Positions 21,568 to 31,600 of a stretch of DNA of 64,000 bases are shown here, one piece after another. Both the position numbers and the translations under genes were made by a program. The DNA lies in the NCBI GenBank assembly GCA_965240325.2, contig OZ251226.1:930001-994000 (forward strand). Reading direction: 5' to 3'. The DNA is from Rebecca billardiae RCC1528. Taxonomy: Eukaryota; Protista; Haptophyta. A model generated the notes under the pieces. The model was not told where the DNA came from, did not search any database, and saw only the letters and a program-made list of their open reading frames with translations. Every line of letters begins with the position of its first letter. The first letter of the stretch is position 1.

Positions 21568-24156
21568 TCAGGACGATGACGACGACTGCACCAAGTCGCG
21601 TGCCAACCCTTCTGCAAAGCGTGCGTTGCTCGCGGCTGAGCCAGATGCACCGCTGTAGTCCTCGTAGCTCACGCGCACGACCTGCCAGCCCAACGATTCG
21701 AGCACGCGCGTCTTCCACTGGCTGGGCCCGTTGAGCCGCTGCGCGCCCGTCCACGGGTCGGTCACGAAGTGGGACGGCCCATCGTACTCCACAACCACCT
21801 TGGACGCGGTGCACGCCATGTCCACGACGAGCAGCCCGCCCTCGCCGATGCGCACCTCCTCCTCGTGCGCCCAGCCGCACTCTGCGAGCGCGCGAGACAG
21901 CGCCCGCTGCGATGACGACGAGCGCACCCGTGATACTCGGTCACGAAGCAGCTGGCTACCGAGGCACTGCGCCAGCATGGACTCCACACGCGTGCGTGCG
22001 GTGCCAACGGGCAGGCGTGCATCGGCGTGCAGCGTGAGCAGTGCCTGCGCCACATTGATGTGCGCCTCGAGCGCGAGTTGCGCTTGCAGCCCAGATGCAG
22101 CAAGGAGTCGCTCGCACAGGGACAGCAGAAGCTGCCGATGCGCCATGTGCTGGCCAGCCGTCGCATATGCCCACGCCGTGTTGGCCAGCTCCTGCGCATT
22201 GAACTCCCCCACGCGCGCCTCGGCCTCCCGCGCGATCGCGCCATACAGCGCGGGCGCGTCCACGCCCGCTGTGGCGTACGCCCACGCCGTGTTGGCCATG
22301 TTCTGCGGCTTGAACTCGCCCACACGCGCCTCGGCCTCCCGCGCGATCGCGCCATACAGCGCGGGCGCGTCCACGCCAGCTGTGGCGTACGCCCACGCCG
22401 TGTTGGCCAGCCCCTGAGCATTGAACTCGCCCACGCGCGCCTCCGCCTCCCGCGCGATCGCGCCATACAGCGCGGGTGCGTCCACGCCCGCTGTGGCGTA
22501 CGCCCACGCCGTGTTGGCCAGCTCCTGCGCATTGAACTCGCCCACACGCGCCTCGGCCTCCCGCGCGATCGCGCCATACAGCGCGGGTGCGTCCACGCCA
22601 GCTGTGGCGTACGCCCACGCCGTGTTGGCCATGTTCTGCGCATTGAACTCGCCCACGCGCGCCTCGGCCTCCCGCGCGATCGCGCCATACAGCGCGGGTG
22701 CGTCCACGCCCGCTGTGGCGTACGCCCACGCCGTGTTGGCCATGTTCTGCGGCTTGAACTCGCCCACACGCGCCTCGGCCTCCCGCGCGATCGCGCCATA
22801 CAGCGCGGGCGCGTCCACGCCCGCTGTGGCGTACGCCCACGCCGTGTTGGCCAGCCCCTGCGCATTGAACTCGCCCACGCGCGCCTCGGCCTCCCGCGCG
22901 ATCGCGCCATACAGCGCGGGTGCGTCCACGCCAGCTGTGGCGTACGCCCACGCCGTGTTGGCCAGCTCCTGCGGCTTGAACTCGCCCACACGCGCCTCGG
23001 CCTCCCGCGCGATCGCGCCATACAGCGCGGGTGCGTTCACGCCAGCTGTGGCGTACGCCCACGCCGTGCTGGCCAGCCCCTGCGCCTTGAACTCGCCCAC
23101 GCGCGCCTCGGCCTCCCGCGCGATCGCGCCATACAGCGCGGGTGCGTCCACGCCAGCTGTGGCGTACGCCCACGCCGTGTTGGCCATGTTCTGCGCATTG
23201 AACTCGCCCACACGCGCCTCGGCCTCCCGCGCGATCGCGCCATACAGCGCGGGCGCGTCCACGCCCGCTGTGGCGTACGCCCACGCCGTGTTGGCCAGCC
23301 CCTGCGCATTGAACTCGCCCACGCGCGCCTCCGCCTCCCGCGCGATCGCGCCATACAGCGCGGGTGCGTCCACGCCCGCTGTGGCGTACGCCCACGCCGT
23401 GTTGGCCAGCCCCTGCGCATTGAGCTCGCCCACACGCGCCTCGGCCTCCCGCGCGATCGCGCCATACAGCGCGGGCGCGTCCACGCCCGCTGTGGCGTAC
23501 GCCCACGCCGTGTTGGCCAGCCCCTGCGCATTGAACTCGCCCACGCGCGCCTCGGCCTGGCGCGCGATCGCGCCATACAGCGCGGGTGCGGCTACACCAG
23601 CTGTGGCGCACGCCCACGCCATGTTGGCCAGCTCCTGCTCATTGAACTCGCCCACGCGCGCCTCGGCCTCCCGAGCGATCGCGCCGAATGTGCGCTCGGC
23701 ACCGCACTTGGTCGGCCGGAGCTTGGCCAGGCCGTGCGCTAGGTTAGCCACTTGGCGGGCGCTATACGGCGAGCCGTCGACTGCCGTGGCCTCCAGCCGC
23801 CGCTCCACGCGCGCGAGCAGCGCGCCAAAGCGCTTGTCGGTGCGCAGTGCGTGGCCGCGCAACGTGCGCGCGTTGCGACCCAGTCGAGAGATGGCTGTAG
23901 CGTCGTTCACCGGGTCGAACGCGTGGCCATGCGTAGCGCACACATCGAGGATGCGTTTCGCGTCACGTGCATCCGTGAGCTGCCGGTTGATCATTTTGTT
24001 GTCTGGCCGGCGTGATGGGCCGTTTGTGTGCATCGCCGCCCGTAGCGCAGCACAGGCGAGTGCGGGCGAAGGCGGCATGCGCGCTCGCAACCCATACGCG
24101 TTGCGCGGGCATGCGCCCGCACTGGTGCTCACCAACCGCCCTAACAGCCCGAGCAT
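21568..24156 (-). CDS. HPR/OPR-type 37-aa repeat protein with C-terminal RAP domain, paralogue 1 (13.5 repeats, ~862 aa, intronless)
   Basis: Arg/Ala/Leu-rich, acid-free leader MLGLLGRLVSTS. 14 repeat starts at exact 111-bp spacing with consensus FNAQxLANTAWAYATAGVDAPALYGAIAREAEARVGE. RAP motif 'VDMAC..KVVVEYDGPSHF...KTRVLESLGWQVVRVSY'. Confidence 0.92.
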   Translation of the reverse strand: MLGLLGRLVSTSAGACPRNAYGLRARMPPSPALACAALRAAMHTNGPSRRPDNKMINRQLTDARDAKRILDVCATHGHAFDPVNDATAISRLGRNARTLRGHALRTDKRFGALLARVERRLEATAVDGSPYSARQVANLAHGLAKLRPTKCGAERTFGAIAREAEARVGEFNEQELANMAWACATAGVAAPALYGAIARQAEARVGEFNAQGLANTAWAYATAGVDAPALYGAIAREAEARVGELNAQGLANTAWAYATAGVDAPALYGAIAREAEARVGEFNAQGLANTAWAYATAGVDAPALYGAIAREAEARVGEFNAQNMANTAWAYATAGVDAPALYGAIAREAEARVGEFKAQGLASTAWAYATAGVNAPALYGAIAREAEARVGEFKPQELANTAWAYATAGVDAPALYGAIAREAEARVGEFNAQGLANTAWAYATAGVDAPALYGAIAREAEARVGEFKPQNMANTAWAYATAGVDAPALYGAIAREAEARVGEFNAQNMANTAWAYATAGVDAPALYGAIAREAEARVGEFNAQELANTAWAYATAGVDAPALYGAIAREAEARVGEFNAQGLANTAWAYATAGVDAPALYGAIAREAEARVGEFKPQNMANTAWAYATAGVDAPALYGAIAREAEARVGEFNAQELANTAWAYATAGQHMAHRQLLLSLCERLLAASGLQAQLALEAHINVAQALLTLHADARLPVGTARTRVESMLAQCLGSQLLRDRVSRVRSSSSQRALSRALAECGWAHEEEVRIGEGGLLVVDMACTASKVVVEYDGPSHFVTDPWTGAQRLNGPSQWKTRVLESLGWQVVRVSYEDYSGASGSAASNARFAEGLARDLVQSSSSS
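22155..23685 (-). repeat. 111-bp coding tandem array (13.5 units)
   Basis: The unit recurs with exact 111-bp phase from 22201 to 23644 (13 x 111). Confidence 0.97.
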
Positions 24157-24620
24157 CCTTCTCCAGGCCGGCCCCGTGCGCCGCGACGCCGCGTGGAAGA
24201 CGACCCCGCGTCTCCAGCTGCAGCCGTGTACGTCGGACCAACCCGCATTCGTCATCGATCGACACGATGGCGGCCAAATCCTCCGGCGGCCGTCTCACTT
24301 ATTCGTACTCGTCACGTCGGTCAAGTGCTGCACGCGTGCAGGTGCGCCTGCTGCCACGGCTCGCGCCGCACGTGCGCGCTGCGCTCGAATAAACGGGCGC
24401 GCTGCTGGGCGAGAACGAGCCGAGGGATGCGGCTCGCGCGTGCATTGCTGCGGCGAGCCCCGCCCCAGCTACTCTAACTGTCTGTGGCGGCGGCCGGCGG
24501 CGGGGTCAATCGCCGGCACTGCCGGGCCGGAGTCGGCCAGCCGAGGCGTCGGCATCCGCGTAGTCGGGCGATTACGACCGCTATCGCTGCTGGAGCCGGA
24601 TACTAGGCGCGGGCCTGACA

Positions 24621-27600
24621 CTACGACCTGACGCTGATGCTCGGCTTGCTGCTGCTGCTGCTGCTAGACACGCCGTCGCCGCCGTCACCGCCAGACGAGG
24701 CGCGGAACTCAGTGTCGGCGAGGTGGAGCAGCGGTCGGCTGAGGCGCTCGTGCACGAGCATGAGCTGTGCGAACTGCGCGCGCGCAGGGCGGGGCGGGGC
24801 GAGGGGCCCGCGGCGCTCAGCAGCCGAGGCGTCGCGCGGGGCGCGCGCGGCGTGTCGCGCGGCGCGCGCGGCGGCCGCGGCCGCGCACCGCTGCCTTGAG
24901 CGCGGCCGCGGACGAGGCCGCGTACGGCGCGGTCTGCTGCGCGAAGCGCTCGAGGGCGGGGAGCACGATGAGCAGCGTGGCGCGGCGGTGCGCGAGCAGC
25001 CGGTCGGCGAACGCGCGCAGCTCGCCCCACAGCTCGGGCATCGCGTCGGCGAGCGACGGCCCGTGCTGGCGCTCGTGCGCGGCCGCGGCGCCGACGCGCG
25101 CAGCAAACGCGGCGGTCGCGGCGGCCATGTCGCGCGCCCACACGTGCAGCTCCTTCGCGTGCGCGAGGATCGCCTCGCGCTGCGTGACCGCCGCGCGGTC
25201 GGCGGCGAGCCGCTCCTCCTCCTGCGTCGCGCGCCCGCGCGCCGTCGGCGCGTGCAGCCGCCGCTCGCCCGAGCCGCGTGCGCCGCCGTACTTGCCGAGC
25301 AGCGCCGGCAAGACCGGCTTGCCGCCGCCGAGCGCGTGAGCGTCGTCGAGCGGCGTGCGGCCGAACGCGTCCTCGGCGTTGACGTTGATTCCGGGCTGGG
25401 TGAGCAGGAAGTAGACGCAGCCCTCGTGCCCCGTCGACACCGCCACGTGCAGCGGCGTGCGGCCGAACGCGTCCGCGGCGTTCACCTCGCACCTGCACTG
25501 GAGCAGTCGGCCGAGCGCGGCCGTGTCGTGCGCAAACGCCGCGTGGTTGAGCCTTCGCGCGGCGTCGAGCGCGCCGAGCGGCGCGTTGGCGTGGAGGAGG
25601 CGGTGGAAGCAGGCCTCGTGCCCGCCGAGCAGCGCGTCCTGCAGCGGGGTCATCCCGTTCACGTCCGTCGCGTCCACGCGCGCGCCCAGCTCGAGCAGCA
25701 CCTCGATGTTGGCGCTCACGCCGTCCGCGGCCGCGATGTGCAGTGCGGTGCGGCCGGCCGCGTCGGTCGCGTTGATCTCGACTCGGCACGGGCCCATCGC
25801 GCGGAGCTCGGCGCCGGCGGCGGGGTCGCGCGCCATCGCGAAGAGGAGCTGCTGCCAGAGCGAGCCCGAGCCGCACGTGCCGCCGTGCCCCGCCAGCAGC
25901 TCCGCGCAGCCGATGTGCTTGGCGCGCAGCGCGTCGAGCAGCGGCGTGCTCCCCGACGCGTCGGCCGCGTCGACAGCGGCGCGATGCGCCAGCAGGACTT
26001 TGATCACTGTCGCGTGCCCGCCGCACGCGGCGAGGTGGAGGGCGGTGCGGCCGAGGAAGTCGGCGCCGTCGACGTCGGCGTGCGCCGAGTGCAGTAGTCG
26101 CTGCACCTTCCTCACGTCGCCCGCAGCGCACGCGAGGCACAGCCGCATGTGCTGCAGGTTTGCCTGCTTGCGCCGCGCAGAAGCGACCACCTGCGACACA
26201 GCACGCGGTGCGCGCGGTGCGCGCGGCGCGCGAGGCGCGTTGGTCGCGCGCGCGGGGTGAAGGGGCGCGCGGCGGAGAGGCCGGCCGGCGGCCCGGGGCG
26301 AGGGCTGCGCGCGCGCGGCGCGCACGCCGCGCGCACCGCCTGCAGCATGTCGCTCTCGCCGCCGCCGTCCGCGTCCTTGGCGCCCACGTCGACGCTGCCC
26401 GAGTCTGAGCGACCGTCGAGCTCGGCGCCGTCGGCCGGCGCGCCGCCGGCGCCGACGAGCGAGGCGCGGCGCGCGACGGAGCGCGCGGAGCGCGCGGTGA
26501 GCGTGCCGTCGGCATCCGCATCGCTCGCGGACATCGCGTTGTCCATCACCACGTCCGCCTGCCCCGGGAACGTCTCGACCAGCTCCTTGTACGCCTCGGC
26601 GGTGAGCACAAGCACGCGCGTCTCCTGGACCGGCAGCGTGCGCGCGCTGCACACGTGCCGCGTGCCGAAGACGAAGGAGAGCTCGCCGAGCGGCTCGCCG
26701 CGCGTGCGCACGTCGAGGACGGCGTGCTCGCCGTCGTCCACCTCGACGTACATCTCGACCGCGCCGTGCGAGACGAAGAGCAGCTCGGTGCACGCCTCGC
26801 CCGCGCGGAAGAGCGCACTGTCCGCGTCGAGCGCGCGAGACGACAGCATCGACGCGAGCCGCGAGCAGAAGCCGTGCGAGCAGCCGGAGAGCAGCTGCGA
26901 GGCCTCGAGGATCGGGCGGGTGGTGTACGCGGCGATGTCGATCTGCAGCGCCATCGGCAGCCCGGAGTAGATCTCCTCGTCGCGCACGTCACTCAGCGAC
27001 TCCGCCTGCAGCCGCGTGATGAAGAACTTGGACATGCGCGCCTTGAGCGAGAGCGGCACGCGCGCGTGCTTGATGAAGGACTGCACGAGCTCGAGCTGCG
27101 CGCGCTTGGCGACGATGTCGTCGTCCTGCCGCATCACGAGGCCGGAGATCTGGCCGACCGTCCACGCGTACACGGTCATGTTGAGCAGCATCAGCGAGAT
27201 CACGAAGCCGATCTCGAGTGCGTTGGTCGGCACGGTCGACAGACCGATTGTGGACATCACGGAGAGAACGAAGAAGACATCCAGCACCCACGCGTCCGCG
27301 AGCGTCTCGAGCGGCGACGCGCCGAGCCGCGCGCTCGCGCCGACCGCCTCGCGCTGCAGCGCGTCGACGCCGGACCACGAGGTGCCGTACTCGGCGCTGA
27401 TCAGCTCGTTGTGCCCGAGCACATGCCACACGCACGCACTCAGGTGCAGCGCGAGAACGAGGACAAGGATGTAGTGCCCGATCCCCTCGGCGACCGCGGT
27501 GTCCTTGAGCCGGTGCCGCCAGCGCAGGTAGGCAGACAGCGTCGCGCGCGCGTTCACCAGGCGGAGGAGCCGGAGCACGAACGCGGCGATGGGCTCGGCG

Positions 27601-28661
27601 CCGAGCGCCCAGATGAACGCCTCGAACGGGAAGTTGGCCAGGAGGTCGAGAGAGAAGGCGGAGTGGAGGTAGTGCTCGCGGATCGCGCCGAGCTCGAACA
27701 CCTCCACCGAGGATTCGTTCACGTACGAGGTGACGAAGCGGAGGCCCATCCGGCCCCAGTACAGCGCGTCAATGCACAGCGTGAGCGTGCGCAGGTGGGG
27801 CATGCGCAGGGTGTGCTCGGCGTACGCGAGCTGCACGGGCACCAAGAAAATGTCCAGCACCGTGAGCGTGAGGAACGCGGCGTGCAAACGCCGCGCGAGC
27901 GCGCCGCGCGCCGAGATGACGAACCACGGCCGGCCAGCGTCGAGAGCAGACGCGCCGCCGCCCGCGCCCGCCGGCCGCAGGCCGTCGCCGAGCTCGGCGG
28001 CGGGCGTGGGCGCGCCGCCGCCGCCGCCGCGGAGCTGCCGCGCCGCCGCGCCGGTCTCGCCGTGCAGCGCCGCGCAGAGCCGTGCCCAAGACACCTCCTC
28101 CGCCTCGTGCTCGCCCGCCGCCGCCTCGTCGCCCTCGGCCTCGCCGCCGCCGCCGCCGCCGCCGCGCGCCGTGCCCGCCGCGCTGCGGGGCTCGGCCGGC
28201 AGCGCGCCGTCGCGCGGCGCCACGTCAAGCCGCAGCTGCTCGGCGCACCAGCGGCGCACGTCGGCGACGCTCGTGTCCGGGTGTGTCGCGACCGAGCGTA
28301 AGACGAGCGCGTGCAGCGTACCCGCCTCCGCGCGCTCGCCCAGCCGCAGCCGGCCCGTGTCCGCGCGCGTCTGGATGGCGCGCGCGATCGCAGCGCGCGT
28401 GCGCGGTAGCGCGAGCGCGCGCGACAGCTCGGCAAACGGCTTGTCGCCGCCGTGCGGCCGCTCGGCCGAGCCGGTGGGCGGCGCGGAGAGGGAAGCTGCG
28501 GTCGGCGGCGTGGACGTGACGTCCGCAAGCCCCGAGCACCCCGCGCCGCCGCCGCCGCCGCCCGCCGCGCGCCCGGGCTCGTGCAGCGCGCTCAGGCTGA
28601 GCGCCATCGCGCCGCCCTGCGGCGGCGACGCGGCGGGCTCGGGCTCGGCGACGGTCGCGCA

Positions 28662-28696
<35 letters not shown>

Positions 28697-31600
28697 CCTC
28701 CGCGCCGTCCGCGTGTGCACCGTCGGGCTCTGCGATGCTGCCACTCATGATCCACACTGCCGTCCCGAGCAGGAACTGCTCCACGTTCACCGCGCGCGCG
28801 TTGAGCCGCGCGCCGCGCGACACCTGCGCCGCGCCAACGCTCGCCGGCGCGCCCAGCTCCAGGCCAAGGGGCTGCACGCGCGGCGCGGACGCGGGCGCGC
28901 TGTCGAGCGCGCCGGTGGCATCGTCGGCGGGCGCGCGCGCCGAGCCGGGCGCGTCGGCCAGCGCCGCGGGCGTGCCCGCGGCGCCCGCGCCCGCTGCGCC
29001 GCCCGCCGCGCCAGCCCGCCCACCCTGCTCCTCTTCCTCCCCCGCAGGCGCCTCCTCCTCCGCCGCCTCCGCCTCCGCCTCCTTGCCGCTGTCGAGCGCA
29101 AGAGACGCGACCAGCGCTGCGTCGAGACGGCCGCCGAGCGCGCCAAAGGCCGGCGAGCCGCCGCCGTGGGAGGACTCGCGGCTGCGGCTGGCGGAGGAGT
29201 CGCGCGCGCCGGGCGCGACGCCGAATGCGACGCGCACGCCGCTCGAGCCCGCCGAGCCCGCCAGCGCCGCCGCCGCCGCCGCCGCCGCCTCCAGCTTGGC
29301 CTGCGCCGTCGTGGTGGGCACAATGGCCGCCTGCGCGAGCAGCCGGTGAAGACCCTTCACGTCCGCGCCGCCCATCTCGCCGACCTGCCGCTGCACGGCG
29401 CGCACCTTGCTCAGGCGCACGCTCGTCGACTGGCCCGCGGCGAACACGCGAAACAGCCGCAGCATCACGCCCACGGCGAGCGCCACCTGCGCCGCCGCCG
29501 TGCGCTCGTGCGCGCCGCCGTCGCCGCCAGCCGGCGCGCCGGCGGCCGAAACCGGCTCGGCCGCCGAGCGCGTCGACGCCTCGTCCACCTCGGAGTCGAG
29601 CGGCGAGGAAGGGCGCATCGACGGGCGCACGGCGGCGAGGAGCCCGCCCAGGTAGTTGCTCCGCCCGCGGCTCGGGCGCGAGAACCGCCCCCCTGCCGCC
29701 GCCGGCTCGCCCGCCGGCGGCGCGCCGCCGTCGGCGCCGGAGCCGGCGAGCCGGCGCCGCGCGGTCGGCGTGCCAAGCGCGCCATCGAGCCCATCGCCGC
29801 CCTTGCCCGCCGAGCGCATCGCGTCGACGAAGGGCTTGGAGGTGAAGAGCACGGCGAAGCCGCTCGCCGCGAGACTGGCGGGCGCGTCCGCCTCGCCGCC
29901 GACCCCCGCCGAGCTGCCCGCCGTGTGCGTCCGCCCGCGCCGCACCTCACCCTGGCTTCCCATCAGGCCACCACCCTGCGAGCTGAACGCTGCGGAGCCT
30001 GCGCGGCCGTGCCGCTGCCGGCCGAGCAGGCCCTTCCACCGCCCGCCCTCCGCGCCGCCGCGTGCGTGGCTGAGCGGCGTGGACTCGAGCGCGCCGTCGC
30101 ACGAGCCGACGCACGACGCCGACCGCCCCGGCTGCCCCGCGCCGCCGCCGCCGTGCGTGGCCGCGCGCGCGAAACGTTGGGCGTCCGCGGCGCACGCCCA
30201 GTCGGCGCTGCGCGACACGGCGCCGCCGCCGCCGCCGCCGCCGCCGAGGGGCAGCGGCGGCGCCGGCTCGGCGCGCGAGTGCCGCCCACCCCCGGCAGCC
30301 CCGCCGCCGAGCAGCTCGTCGGCCGGCGGCGGCCCGCCGTGCGAGCGCATGTACAGATTGCCCGCGCGCACCGAGCTCGAAGACCGGAAGACACCGGACG
30401 AGCGCGAGCGCGAGCGCGAGCGGCGCGCGCGGCGCGCGCCGCCGAGCGAGGGCGGCACCGCGGTGCCGGCGGCGCCGGCGGCGCCGGAGAGGCGCTCGGT
30501 GAGCTCGTCGGCGACGGCGCGCGCGGTCTCGCCGTCGAGCCCGAGCGCGTCCACCAGCATCCGCTCGAGCGCCGCGCCCTCCTCGACCAGCCCGCGCGCG
30601 CCGCGCAGCGCTCTGTCGTACAGCGCTCGGAGCGCGCACAGCCCGGCCTCCGCGCGCGAGAGCTGCAGCACGACGCGGACGAAGTCCTTCGCCTCCGAGC
30701 CGCCGGGCTGCGGCTCGTCCGAGTCAGAGGAGCCGTCGTCGGAGCGCGCCCCCGAGCCGCCGCGCCCGGCGCCGCCCTCCTCCTCGCCCTCCTCCTCCTC
30801 CTCGTCCTCCAGCCCATACAAGTCCACCCAGCCGTCTGCGCGCGGCCCGAGCGTGGCCAGCAGTTCGCGGCCGTCGCGCGCGAGCGCGCGCACGGTCTTG
30901 GCGGAGGCCTGCAGCGAGACGTCGATCTCGTGCTCGAGGGCGAGGCGCTGCTTCGCCGCCGCGCCCGCGCGCTTCTGCACCGCGTTCAGCGTCTGCATCA
31001 GCGTGAGCGAGCTGAGCCCCTGCGCGACCGCCAGCGCCGCGCTCAGCGTCTCGTCCTGCGCCGCCTCCGCGCGCGCGCCCTCCGCGTCCGCGTACATCAG
31101 CAGCAGGGCGGCGAGCTGCGCGTCGGCCTCGAGCGCGTACGCGACGGGCGTGCGTCCCCACTTGTCCCGGACCGACGGGTCCGCCATCGAGGCGAGCAGC
31201 AGGTGCGCGGCGGAGAGCGAGCGCGCCGCGACCGCCGCGTGCAGCGCCGTGCGGCCATCATAATCGGCGCGGTCGACGTCATACCCGTAGCTCACGATGA
31301 ACTTGATCTTGGGGAGGTTCGCCGAGCGCGCGGAGAGCGCGAGCTGCTCGGCGAGCGTCTCGTCGGACGCGGTCGCGGTGTACCGCACGAGCAGCTGCGC
31401 GACGAGCAGGTGCTCGTGCCGGATCGCCTCGTCGAGCGGCGTGCGGCCCCACCGGTCGGCCGCGTTCACGTCAGCGCCGTGTGTCACGAGGAACTCTGTC
31501 ACGCGCGACGAGCCGAGCGTCGCGGCGATGTGCAGCGCGGACGCGCCGTCGTGGTCGCGCGCGTCCGCGTCCACGCCGTTCTGGATGAGCAGCCCCATCA

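Noticed and set aside
22155-23685. 111-bp arrays as CRISPR arrays or true TAL effectors
   Set aside because: There are no unique spacers. The units are in-frame coding repeats with an OPR/HPR-like consensus (LANTAWAYA), not the TALE LTPxQVVAIAS consensus. The similarity to TALE is architectural only.
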